In this document: positions 25,031 through 37,582 of the stretch, in pieces
Numbering within the stretch: the first letter of the stretch is position 1
Layout: each line of letters opens with the position of its first letter
NCBI GenBank assembly: GCA_028023455.1
Contig: JAQFVV010000002.1
Location: 6,944,001-7,008,000 of the forward strand
Source: Epiperipatus broadwayi
Taxonomy: Eukaryota > Animalia > Onychophora
Length of the DNA: 64,000 nt
Direction of reading: 5' to 3'
Made by a program: the position numbers and the translations under genes
Notes under the pieces: model-generated
The model's input: the letters and a program-made list of their open reading frames with translations, nothing else
Database searches by the model: none
What the model was told of the DNA's origin: nothing

Positions 25031-25905
25031 GAACAGCATTTACTTTTTAAAGATTTAAAACTATATGATGCATAGAGAGATACAACATGTTTTTACTCCA
25101 ATGTATCATCCTGCTTCAAATGAACTTACTGAAAATGCAATACAGAGTTTGAAAGCAGCTTTGAAAAAATTTAATATAAAAGATTTAAAAGATGCCCTAA
25201 TAGAAATTATGTTTTACCAACATTTTATACTTAATGGTTTGAAAAGTAAATCACTTGCAGAATCACTGTTTGGGAGAAAATGTTTTACACATTTATCAAA
25301 ATGTCTGCTGATGGATAAATCAAATTTATGAAAATTTGATATTGATGATGCTGTTTGAGTTTGAGATATTGTAAAAAAAGACATGGACTGCAGACATCAT
25401 TGTTGAAATTGTATCTAAAGATATAAATATTATTAAATTTGAGAATGTATTGTATATAAAAAAACATATTAGTCCTTTATGAAAAGGAAAGAACTTATTG
25501 ATATGCTAATTGTAGCTGGGAACAATCCTATTATAGCCAATCCTAAATTAAAAAATTTAAGTAAGAAATTAAATGAAATACAGCTCCTTCCACTCAAGAT
25601 AAAACATTACCTGTTGAACTAGATGTGGGAAACCAAGTGATTGCTAATGTGTATCTGGATATGTAGTTGTTATTATCAAAAATAGCAGATCAAAATGAAG
25701 ACCAAATTAATTCTATTCCAAAAAATAAGAACTAGAAGGCCACTGGACAGATTTAGGAATTATTTTTGGTGAGGGGATGTGCACTGACTAGCACTGTTAT
25801 TATTGTAAATATTTAATTCTATAAGAATTTATTTTATCTATTTTCTGCACTAATTGCAACGATTTAACAGCAGAAGAGTTTTTTTTTTCAAGTTACAAAT
25901 GTTTA

Positions 25906-27107
25906 TTTTAATTGCACTTTATGCAAAAAAGTGAAGCTTAGTATTATTAGAAAAGAATTATAAGGCTTAGCACTTTCGAGGAACTAAATACTATGCAACT
26001 GAAGCAGACATAATATATACTCGCTATGTTGACAATGTATTCTTAGTGGTACCAGAACAAATAATAACAGATATTCAGAAAGAGCTGCAAACACAAACCT
26101 CCTTAACAATTAATTACATAGCAGAAAACCTCCAGCACAATGTTAAATACCTGGATATTCAAGTTCATAAAGACTCTCATCAACTTACCTATGCCATGAT
26201 AGTCAAGCCATTGGAAATTCGAGGCTTTATACACCCAAACTTAAACTCATCAAACTCACATAAATTGGCTGGACTCACATCCATCCTGCACAGAAATCAT
26301 AGACTATATAAATTTGAAGCTGACCACAAAAACAACCTCACAAATTATATTAAAGGACTGGAAAAACTTTGATTTTCACACAACATTATCTACAAAAAGA
26401 TTAGGCAATTTCAGACTAAGCTACAAACTGACATGGTTAGAAACAATAAACCAAGAATGCTGCTACTTTACATAATATCAATTTCTAGGAAATATTATAA
26501 AATATTTGCTGAGTTCTTCAAATTAGGATTCCACACACCAACTTCAACAAACAGACTGATAAACAATACCAAAGACAAAATACCCTCTGATAAAATAGCC
26601 CAAGAATTTTACAAAACTTCATGCCCTATTAATGGATGTAGAGCAGCATATTATGGAGAGATTCATGCCAACATCATTACCAGAACATCTCAACATCACT
26701 ATTTATACAGGAGAGCTATAAACAATACTGAAAACAAATGTATATTCTTTGAGCACCAAAAAACAACAGAACCTATGTTTGAATTCACTTTGGCAAGGGC
26801 ACTGTGTACTGAGCATAATGATAAAAAATAAAAAATAAAGAAGGCATGCTTTATTGCAAATGACAACTATGCAATAAACTGAAAAGAATTATGCTTTGCA
26901 ATTTCCAAAAAATGGTCAATCTGAAATAAAACTTTGAATAAATTTTGCATAAATTACTGCCAAGCTTCACTTAAAATCTCAATGTAAGCCAACACTGCCA
27001 AGATAGGCTATGAATATGGAGACCTAAGTTCCCCAAAAGTGCTAAGCCTTATAATACTTTTCTAATAATACTAAGCTTCACTTTTTTTGTGTAAAGCACA
27101 ATTAAAA
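25906..27107 (+). mobile_element. 5'-truncated Penelope-like element with ~80-bp inverted terminal repeats
   Basis: RT C-terminus YTRYVDNVF..KYLDIQV (26016-26372). GIY-YIG relic FYKTSCPINGCRAAYYGEIHANIITRTSQH (26433-26831). 25906-25985 is the reverse complement of 27027-27107. Confidence 0.9.
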
Positions 27108-27299
27108 CTTACTACTCGAAGGTGAAATAAAAACAAAGAGTTTATTTCAAATGTTCATTTTATTTAGCTAAGGACTCTCAATACTAAAATGTATCACAAT
27201 AATAGTATTATATAATTAAACTCTCATTTTAAAGTTGTTTTGTATATTATAGATCAAATTAGCATAAAATTGAATTTTAGAAGTTAATTTGCATTCTAA

Positions 27300-27640
27300 T
27301 AACTGTTCTAAAAATTATAGATGCCATTATTTAAAAAGAGGGATGTTAGTTTCTTTTTTACTTATGGGTGCATATCATTTGCTATAGACCATGCTTCCTT
27401 TACTTTTCTCTTTCTGTCATCTTTCTTAGAGCAAACAATGTCAGTCCTAGAAAGATGAAAGTTGTGGCCTGACTAGCCTACCAGAAGTAATTCACTCTAG
27501 AAAAATATATTAAAAGTATGAATATTTGTTATGCAATTGGGTTATAAAAGGATCTCTTTCTTAAAGGATATGAGAGTCTGCACAACCATGGCAGTTGAGA
27601 AGAACAAATGCTGCTGATGGTTAATAGCTTCTCTCACATA
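27300..27640 (-). mobile_element. PLE GIY-YIG fragment
   Basis: Minus-strand relics NCHGCADSHI..KRSF and IVCSKKDDRKRKVKEAWSI, typical of the PLE endonuclease C-terminus. Confidence 0.55.
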
Positions 27641-28689
27641 GGGAAGAAAAGTGTACACAGAAAATATTACTTAAATAAGCTTAATGAAGTTGTGTCATTT
27701 GTAACAAAGTTCAAGTATTAATGAACTCTGAGTATCCATGAATGAAGAAATGTAGAAGACTTATTCTATTTGTTGCTACCATCAGAATATTATGAGGAAA
27801 AGTTATATTAAATTTTTCATTATGTATATGTTATTACTGTTAATTCACCTTAAGAATAAATTCAGTGAAATATAAAAGTGTCTGTTTATTTATTTATTAA
27901 TGTTATGCTATCACAGTGTGAGTATATGATAGGAGAAAAAAATATATTTTGTTTTTGTATTATTGTTACTGTGTTGTTATTTCAATAACTTTTTGGGGTA
28001 ATTTCACCAAATTAGGATTAGTATCTTATTCTGTATTTTGATTATGTATTAACAAAATAATGTGTTAGAGCAGGAATGTTAACAATTGTTCGAGTTGGGA
28101 ATGAAGCTTTTTTACTATGCAATGCATATATATTAAATCATGAAAAGAAATATTTTTTTACAATAAATAAAATTTAATTATATATTAATTTTAATAGTTT
28201 TAGCTAGAATTGCTAAAGGTATTCATGTTCCTTTTTCTGCATGATTAACTGAAGCAGTACTTGTGCTGACTTCTGTATAAACATTAATGCATTCATCAAT
28301 TTAATAATTCAATTTTCCCCAATATTTTTTTAGAGATATTATATTTAAAGTTAGACAATTATTTATAACAAGATTAACTATATTTATAGCTAGAATTATT
28401 ACTAATTTTGAATTTTGTATTAAAAAATTATTGCTTTAACAACTTGGTTTAATAATAAGAATTGTCACTATATGGATTTCAGTATTATTTTTTTTACATT
28501 TATTAATAAATATAATATTTAAAGCATTATTGTTCATTTGTTCAGGGAGTATTTAACCATATTCAAGATATTCATATGTTGAAGTTTGTTATCAAAGGTA
28601 AGAATTTGTTTGAATATGATTAATTTAGCATTGTGTGAAACGCCTTTTTATAACAAGATTTTATTCTAGGAATATAATAGCAATATTCT

Positions 28690-29100
28690 ATTTGGGTTAC
28701 TTTGATATTATGGGAATCAAGGGCTAATCTCTCAGCTCAGACTAATCTTTCAACTAGATTAGCCCAACATAAATATCTTTACAAAAAAGCACATACAGGT
28801 AATGAATATCCCTTAATATTTATGATCATAAAAGGAAATATGGCCATAAGTTTAATTTATCAAAGGCTGGAACTGTAGACATTGAAAGGGAAAACAGAAA
28901 GCAAATAATTAACATGACCTGGGTAATAGCAAAAGACCAAAACTCAGTAAACAGGAAATATACAAGTATCCCTCCCACAAAGAAATGGACTGTTTACATA
29001 AATTAAAATATGAAGATTAAATATTTTTAAATAGTAAAATAATTTTCAAATGTACATAAAAAGCTGGGAGCACGGAGGAAGATAGATTGCTATGAATATG
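28690..29100 (+). mobile_element. PLE GIY-YIG fragment (same YYG family as 25.9-27.1 kb)
   Basis: YYG..TRLAQHKYLYKK then HKRKYGHKFNLSKAGTVDIERENRKQIINMTWVIAKDQNSVNRKYTSIPPTKKW. Confidence 0.65.
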
Positions 29101-31660
29101 ATATTTCATATATTAATAAGCATTCTAAGCATTAATAAATTCAAAGTTTAAATTACTAAGTCTTTTTTATTTTTATATAAATATATTTTCTATATGAATG
29201 TTCATAAAATTTATTGAAATAATATCACTTATTTTGAAAAAGAGTTCATTTAAAAAGTGCTAATTCAAATTTAGTGATAGAAATTAAATTAAAATTCTGC
29301 AATACAAATAAGATTAAGTGCAGTTATTGGCAGATTATTAATTAGTTAAGTTATTTTTAGTAAGCCAATAATTATTGAATTGAAGATTTTAATAAATATT
29401 CTCATATTTTAATAAGATTAATTTGGTATTTATATTATATGGAGAATAAAAGAGAAAAAGAAATTTCAAGGGAGAATATTAGGATAATTGGTTTTTTTTT
29501 TTCAAATGCGATTTCCCCCATCTCAAATTTTTATAAGATTGATAATGATTTGAAGAAAAAAAATCATTTAAAAAAATAGATACGACCTGATTTGAATTAT
29601 TTGGACCTCAAGGACTTTTTAAGTTTTCAATGATTAGGTCAAAAAGAAATTCAATTAAAGTTTATTTATTTAGAATATTAATTTTGTTTTGTTTATTTAT
29701 TTTTGGTAAGCCCTTAATATAATGTTAAGACAATAAAATGCAACAATAAATTTTTAGTTAGAAACTAATAATCTAATTTAAGGATCAATAAATTGTATAT
29801 TTATTCACTCTTTACAATTAGTTTTTTTTTGATTAGTCTGATGGTAAATCCTAATCTTTACTAACAAAGACAAAAAGTGAAGACCAATCTGAGAATGAAA
29901 AATGTTATAACATTATATCATCTGACATATATTAATTGCTAAAGCTTATAGAAAAAATGGCTTTAGAGCAGGATGAAGCTTTAATGATTTTGTTACTGTA
30001 AGTGCAATCTTAAATCAATTCTATATAATTAACACTACAGGGATTATTTTGGAATAGAATTTTCAATATTTCCCATAAATGTTTTCTGTGATTTTGTTTC
30101 TTGTTGTTCATTTTGTACACTGTTTTTACTTTCATTGCTTTTATTCAAGCTTTAATAAATATTGTGTAAAACAAAAAAATGAAATTTTTGAATTGAGTTC
30201 TTAAAAGACAATTTTTAATATTCTAATAGCAATTAAATTATTATAGCTATTTATAAAGTAAAAGTAATTCACACATCATATATATGTGTGAAAACGAAAT
30301 GTTAGCTATGAAAATTAGTATAAAATGAAATATTAAAACAAGTTATACTTTTTTTCTCAGAGAGTTTTACTTATTTTAATGTTTGTTATTTCTGTCACAG
30401 AAAACTATGAGTACTACCAAGCATATTAATGCAAAGAAAAAAAAGTAAAGATTAAAAACATAAAGAACATTCAATGTATTTTCCTCACTGAAATAAAGCA
30501 GACTGCAGGGTAATCATAGAAGCAAATTTCCTACCTTGTTTCTCTATAAAAAAAAAAAACTATTAATATCTATTACTATCTGTTTGATCTAAACTTAATT
30601 TATAATTTTCTGCTAATTAATTGTTTATTAAACTCAGAAAAAAAATTGAAAATAATTAGTTAAACAAGCATTTTATAGAAATTAATTATAATAAACTAAT
30701 AATCAGCTTTTTCAAGCTAATGCATATGCACTTTTGGAACTTAACAATAAATGAATACTCTCATTTATTAATTATGTAAATCATCATAACAAAACATTTA
30801 TTAATGCAATAAAATTAATAATCAAATGTTTTGTTATACTGATTACCATATGTAATAGAATTCATAGACCTTGCACCCCAGAAACTGGTATTTGATCACT
30901 ACAATAAATTGCAAATGATAATGTTTCACTGTTACTCAGCATTGTTTTTCAATTAGAATGTCTTCTTAGTAATCATTATAAACAGTTTAGCATTACTTTG
31001 AAAAAAAAAAAAAAAATCAAACGGTTTTATTAGAAATACCCGGAGTAATTTATTATAGAAATAGGTCAATGAACCTAGGAACTAAAAGTTTATAGTCAGA
31101 AGTTCAAACTATCATTTATAGCCCTTGAACAGTATATAACTACCCTAGTAATTAATCATTCATTTATTTTATTAGAATAAGACCAAAAAAATTCTTAGAA
31201 TTGAAAATCCTTGTTACAGTTAAAATCTTCAACAATATTAATAACTATCACAATTTTATTTTTCCTTGTACAATTATTTGCAACTAAATGGAACTAATTG
31301 TTGCCAATATGAATTAGACATTAAGAACACTTTTTAAATCTTCAAAAAAAAACTATATCAAATCCAAGCTTGAAAATGATGCAGTTCTTAATAAATGATG
31401 GAAATGTGAGGTTTAAAATAGATTATTAATCAAATCAGAGCAAGCATGGTGATATTATGGCTCAGTTTCCAGAGGTATTTGAAATAAAGGTATTTGTTGT
31501 TAATAAATAGTTTGAAATAAAGATAAAATATTATAAACAAATCAGGAAAGTCAAAATTATGACAGTCTTATATAGGTTAAATTTTAATCTGATTCTCATT
31601 GGATAAAAAAATGAATAATCATTTTTTTATAAACTTTATAATTACAACAATGAATTGAAT

Positions 31661-32311
31661 GTATGTAAATAAATCATTTTTTATAGCACGATGTTTGTAA
31701 ACTGTAATATTTAACACAGCATTACGCTGTTGCACATGCGCTTTGAAGATTTTAACTATAAATGAATGAATACTAACACTCAACCACATGATAAAGTCTT
31801 TGGTAAAGATAGAATGGCCATCTATCTTTTCGAACCCAAACGCTTTTGTATGGGCGAATCTTAAGTATTTGAAAGTGAAAGCGTGAATATATTAAATAAT
31901 CACTTTAAATTACTATTACATGCTTGAATGAAAGACGCTAATGAAATTTACTAGAATTTACGATACGTCATTCTTCTTATTCAATATTAAATGTATGTAA
32001 ATAAATCATTTTTTATAGCGCGATGTTTAATATCGAATAAGAAGAATGATGTATCGTAAATTCTAATAAATTTCATTAGCGTCTTTCATTCAAGCATGTA
32101 ATAGTAATTTAAAGTGATTATTTAATATATTCACGCTTTCACTTTCAAACACTTAAGATTCGCCCATACAAAAGCGTTTGGGTTCGAAAAGATAGATGGC
32201 CATTCTATCTTTTCCAAAGATTTTATCATGTGGTTGAGTGTTAGTATTCATTCATTTATAGTTAAAATCTTCAAAGCGCATGTGCAACAGCGTAATGCTG
32301 TGCTAAATATT
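31661..32311. mobile_element. Young F330 insertion: tail + monomer + inverted monomer, flanked by a direct repeat (TSD)
   Basis: Arms 31703-31991 and 32026-32314 are near-identical inverted copies. Spacer 31992-32025 duplicates 31660-31693. acaatgaattgaat occurs at 31647-31660 and 32312-32325. CpGs are retained. Confidence 0.9.
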
Positions 32312-34129
32312 ACAATGAATTGAATAAGTTAGCTATCAACTATTTAAAATTTTGAAATGTATATAATAGTTTGTTTATATTTTTAAATTACTTTAAATAT
32401 TTACATAGATATAATACTACAGATTTTAAAAAATATTACAATATTAGTAGTTGGACTTCTTACTTAATAACAGAATATTTGCTTCTTATATAAAATAATT
32501 TAAATAGCTAATTATAGCTTTATAAAGTTAATAAAATAAATATATTATTAACTTAAAAGTGTCAGCACAATTTATTAATCTGATAGTAAAATAATTTATT
32601 TTATATTCTTTATATATTAGGATTTTTTTTCCAAGAAAATATGAGCAAGAATATTTATTGTTTATTAAATTCATAGAATTCATTAGGTGGGAAGAGGGAG
32701 TAGTTTGTTACATTGATATTTTTTTAATGTCAAATTCAAATAATTAATTTTTTTAAATATAATTTTTTATTATTATCTGGATCATGTAAACTTAAGTTCA
32801 TATATTTGGGAGAAAATATCTAACATTTACAAATTATATAAAATATTTGAAATATATCATATCATTCAAAACTGAATAATAATTCAACTTTACATATAAA
32901 AAAGAAAAAATATATATATATATTTCATTTAATAGCAACAAACTAACTCAAACTAAATAATATTTAGATTTATTTAATTTTTTTCCATTTATTATTCCCA
33001 GAATAAATTTTACTAATGAGAAAATCTATTAATTTCAGTGAATATTTTACTTAGAAATATGGATTTTAATTCATAACATTAGTAGTAATATATTTTAGTA
33101 AATTTTTAGTAAAATAATTTATACTTTACATATGTATATAAAAGGAGAGAGAATATTTTTATTTCCACAAAATGTGGCAATAATATTTGGTTTAAATTAA
33201 TTTTTTGATTTTAAAAGAGAGAGTTTAATTTGTTTCATATATATTTACATATATATTTTTAAAAATTATGAATTTTTTTTATATTTCTTTTCATCTCTAT
33301 CATCACGATTTATATTTCAGAAACATTTTGAAAATAAGATTATTCAAAATCTTATAAAATATTTTATTACAGAAACTAGAAAGTGGTTTATTCTATAATG
33401 TTGAAAAATATATGTACATCTAAATATACTACTAAAATTTGATTTACAAGTCTCAAACTTCATTCACTCATATCTTTGGCACCACTAATTTTAAATAAGT
33501 GCATTAATAACTATAATTAATAAATAATTAGGTTAGAGATTATCGTATCATTTAAAATTTAAATATAAATTTTAAACCCAGTTACAGATTAATAGACATG
33601 GCCCATCTGAAAAAGGTTCTTTCAGTACAATATGCATTTTGGTGGTGAGTCATCTGTTTTGAATATTTTATTTCATATGTTTTAAGAATGTATAATAGAA
33701 TGAAAGTTTTAAGTGCATTATGTGTATATGTAAGTGTATAATAATAAATATTTTTTTTGGACAAATGAATGATACCAATCAGATTTTTAATTTTCCAGAA
33801 CATGCCCTATTTTGAAATCCATAATATTTTAAAACTTTTGATATAAAAATATTCAGACTATTTTCTTTATACAAAAACAGTACAGTTTAGGATATTATAA
33901 TTTTTAAATAACAACAGTCAGATTACCTTTTTCGTTATATAAGTATAGTTTATGATACTAAAAATTTTTAAGTAAAGAAATAAAAAATATGCTAAAAAAT
34001 GTGACATCTGACTGAATGCATATATAGATAATTAGATATATAATTAGGTAGGGAGATAAGTGGGTATGTGAGTAGATGGGTGAATCAGTATTTAATATGA
34101 TAAACAGACAAACAAATAAATAAATATAT

Positions 34130-34205
34130 AGACAGATATTTGGGCAGATAGACAGACAGACAGATAGATAGAGATAGATAAGTAGGTAGGTAGAATGATA
34201 GATAA
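34130..34205. repeat. (GACA/GATA/GGTA)n tetranucleotide microsatellite
   Basis: gacagacagacagatagatagagatagataagtaggtaggtag directly visible. Confidence 0.85.
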
Positions 34206-34315
34206 AAACTTTATTTATTCTTTAAAAAAATTAAAATATACATGAGAAGTTTTACAAAATATATGTACAACAACCATATTTCTAGAAAAGCTTTATATTA
34301 TATAATTCACAAAGT

Positions 34316-35330
34316 ATGCCCAGCATGATTTTGACTACTTAACAATGATAGTCATAATTGTGGCACTCACCAAGAAAAGAAATTGTGGTATTTATTAGAG
34401 AATAAATAAACAATAGAAAATTTTCATATTTGAATGGTAAATAAATTATTTATATTGGCCATTTTTTTGAAATATGGATGCAGAAATCTTTTTTGTTGAT
34501 TATATGCTTATTTCTGGTGATGTTTGGGATCATTATATTCAAAAAAGATAATGCTGGTAGAGGTAGATTCAAAGGTATGACAAAGGTTAGATTTATGCTA
34601 ATAGAAAACTGGATTTTGCCTCGGTATACACTTTATCTCAATTATATAAATATCTCTGTTGTGCAGTATAAGTGGATAAATTGGCTTATAATTTCCATAA
34701 TAAACAGCATGGCAATTAGTATAGTTGTATCACTTTTGTAAATGAGATTTCGGCTTTAAAGGCAGGGTATCATTGGTTTTATTAATTAGCCAATTCAGAA
34801 TAGGAGGAGTGCAAATACCTATTTGATAAGTCCAAGCACAGATTTTGTTGATACAATGGGCAGCCCTGGGAATATAAGGCAGGGTATCATTGGTTTTGAT
34901 GGATAGATGTTTAATTTTAGAATAAAAGTTTTTTTACAGTTTGGATGAGAGCTATGTTTTTATATCCAATATTTGAGTAAATCTGTGCTATAAGTTTTGA
35001 TATTGTTTTTTTGTCATATTACATTTCCTACACAAAAGTATTTGAAACCATCTTATTTATGAGATTTTGATATAGTAGATGAAGAGCATATAATGTCTTG
35101 CACATGAATGAGCTTAATAAGCATTTTGTGTTTAAATGAATGGTTTCACATTGAATATATAAGTCTAGGAACTTGATGTCTTTTAGATTGTCTTCATTGT
35201 CTAGTGTCCAACTTAATGAAGAAATATTTGAAAGATCCTGTTGTATTCTTTGATTTGTGCATCAGGGGCACAAACAAGAATATCATCCATGTATTGTACA
35301 TATAACAAAGAAAGAATTAGCTTGAAGTAT
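34316..35330 (-). mobile_element. 5'-truncated PLE (RT C-terminus + YYG-type GIY-YIG + 3' end with degenerate hammerhead)
   Basis: Minus strand: YVQYMDD (~35275-35300), IKFLDLYIQ (~35150-35185), NCHAVYYG (~34690-34715), INKKDFCIHISKKW (~34455-34500). GACTAT..GTAGTC-AAAA-TCATG-C-TGGGC at 34316-34367. Confidence 0.8.
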
Positions 35331-35914
35331 TTAGGTAAGACCTTTTCTTCGAATTTATTAAGTATAATATTTGAAATTAGTCAGAAGCATGCAGGACATA
35401 ACTTGCTAATTATATACTATAAATCTTTTCTCTAAATATAATTGTACATATATTTTGTGTTATATTTTCCAAGATCAAGTTCATGAATAAATGAGAAATT
35501 CTAATAGAAAAGTCATAATGCCATTACAAGAGTTTATGAAAATCATTAAAGGAATAATCGATTCAAATTTTATATAATCTTTAAAACCATCATTATTAAA
35601 ACTGAAGTATTAATGTTTCATATATGTCCTTATATGAAACTTATTTCTATTATAATAAAAGATTACACTTATTATAATTTATCTTTCTATGGCAATACTT
35701 TTCAATAAAGTTACAATATTATTGTGCATGTTTTATGATGTAATTTTCTTTTTTTATGAGGCATTTAAAAAACTACTTGAATTTAAAAATATATTTTCTG
35801 GCTAAAATACTCTATCAACAATAGTTTTTAAAACAAAAATAATTGAATGGATATCATAATATATACCAAAAACATTTCTGTTAGTAAGACTGATTTTACA
35901 TAGAATAACAATAT

Positions 35915-36200
35915 TTCAAAACAAAGCAAAACTCTCCATATAGTAGTGCCATCTTGTGATAACAAGAGCAATCAATGGATGCCAGAAGACCACAAGCCAG
36001 AAACTAGTCTGGGGATATTGGATGAGTAGGCACTAGATAGGGATTTTATGCACAAGCCTTCTGGCATCCATTGATTGCTCTTGTTAGCACAAGATGGCAC
36101 TACTATATGGAGAGTTTTGCTTTGTTTTGAATTGTTTAATAACAATTATGTGCTAGTATGAGATAGTGATCATGTGATGTTTAGTGATTTAATAACAATA
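35915..36200 (+). mobile_element. H1 family 3' fragment with a 74-bp near-perfect inverted arm
   Basis: 35915-35988 and 36058-36131 are reverse complements with one mismatch. The loop holds CACAAGCCAGAAACTAGTCTGGGGA (3' half of the hammerhead). Confidence 0.85.
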
Positions 36201-36271
36201 TTTCTTTAAAAATAATCATTTTTACAAATACTTTAATTATTTTATAGTTAATAACATCTAGAGATAGTTAC

Positions 36272-36485
36272 CTGTCAAGGGAATTAATATCTAAATCACA
36301 GAATGCCCAAATAATTGGAGCAGATAATTTTTCTTTATTTTGATGTTGTCTTTCTCCTTTAAGCATCATAGGTATATATTCTTCAGGAAGTCTACCCCAA
36401 TATGTAAGCCATCTCATTGCGTGAAGAAACCACCCAGCCAATTCATTTGGAAAATCTTGTAATTCATGTGGATGACATGTTAATG
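36272..36485 (-). CDS. SPARC: Exon of SPARC-like gene: first half of EC domain (helix A to EF-hand 1)
   Basis: 214 bp, atgtag acceptor and gtaact donor. Translation LTCHPHELQDFPNELAGWFLHAMRWLTYWGRLPEEYIPMMLKGERQHQNKEKLSAPIIWAFCDLDINSLD(R) matches invertebrate SPARC C...EL.DFP...W....M and IW..CDLD. Ends phase 2 (AG), joining A-TAT of the 7775-7923 exon. Confidence 0.93.
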
Positions 36486-37524
36486 CTACATATAATAAAA
36501 AAGTAATTTAAAGATTATTTTCTCTGCCTACAATAAATATAAAAACTAAAAAGAATGAACTTTTTTTTTGATGGAGATAAATTTAGCATTACGGTTAATT
36601 ATATAAATTATGTAGTACATACCTACTTTTTATGTCTATTTAAATTAATCTTACAAAGACATTAATATTTTTTTAATATATGCATGAAGTTTTTATTTTA
36701 CATTAAAATGTTTTCATCTATCCAGAAGGCACCATTTAATAAAGAATATTAGACATAAATATTAAATATAATAAAAATACTTCATTATTAAATAAAAAGT
36801 AACAAGTGTATATTAAAAATTCAAATTAAAAGAGAAATATTTTGTTTTGTCTTTATAATTTATGACTCTTATAATGTAATGAATTACAGAGAAATAGAAT
36901 AAAGTGCGTATATTGTTAAATAATTTTCATGTTATTTTCCAAACAAATAATAATGTTACAGTAATTATAATAAGGCTTGCTTTGTAAATACCCTAAACAA
37001 AATATTTATTTTTATAAAGCGTAGACGATATTGAAATTAAACTGAGAGCTGAAACCTCTAAAGCACTTGTGACTATCACCAGCCAATCAGATCTTAAACA
37101 CTGAGACAGAGAATTTAACAAGAAAAGGATGGTTCCACCCTCTTCTTTAACTCTCAATATCTGTTAGCTTAATTTATTGTTATGAAAAAATAATTTTCAA
37201 TGTTTTTAAAGCCTCTCAAAGTTGTTTTACAAAATATATAATTAATGTTTAGATAAAATTTAATAAATTCAGGTGATAATGTTTTACAAAAACACAGATA
37301 TTTGTTGACGAAGATGGCAAAAAATGTTCTGTTGTCATTAGCTTTAAGAATATCTATTTTTTAAATTTAAAGGCAAAAAAATATCAATATGATTTTTTTA
37401 CCAGATGAAAACTGTTTTGATAGTACTATTGTATTTAACTTCACAGGTTAATAGGATGAATTATGAGTTCATAATTTAAAATTTAATTCAAAAGTATTAT
37501 GTCAATGATTACCATTTTAATATT

Positions 37525-37582
37525 TCATCATCATCATCATCATCATCATAATAATAATAATTATAATAATTATTATTATTAT
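37525..37582. repeat. Compound (CAT)n(AAT)n(ATT)n microsatellite
   Basis: Directly visible. Confidence 0.85.

Larger units (their letters stand above)
21300..27780 (+). mobile_element. Decayed Gypsy-like LTR retrotransposon, interrupted by nested insertions
   Basis: RT thumb (YLQAFLGLLNFY), RNase H (TTDASE; EKNYS.LDKEALAI; IDHHPLLGIF) and integrase HHCC at 21430-22740. Integrase resumes at ~25005-25400 (DxNGTAFT; TPMYHPASNELTENAIQSLK). PPT gagggga + TGT at 25778. A ~120-bp repeat is shared by 21300-21425 and 27660-27775 (putative LTR parts). Confidence 0.85.

Noticed and set aside
30535-30543. 9-nt minus-strand microexon candidate (tttttatag AGAAACAAG gtagga)
   Set aside because: It would insert 3 residues into EF-hand 1, where the two real exons already align to SPARC without a gap. 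No other support.
32148-32215. Canonical hammerhead in family F330 (CTTAAGA...CGAAA...stem)
   Set aside because: Conserved G5 is T in all copies and no stem I pairing exists. Kept only as an unexplained structured element.
34478-34741. ORF beginning with a signal-peptide-like MQKSFLLIICLFLVMFG (toxin-like first exon)
   Set aside because: It is the antisense strand of a PLE GIY-YIG region (NCHAVYYG, INKKDFCIHISKKW on the minus strand).
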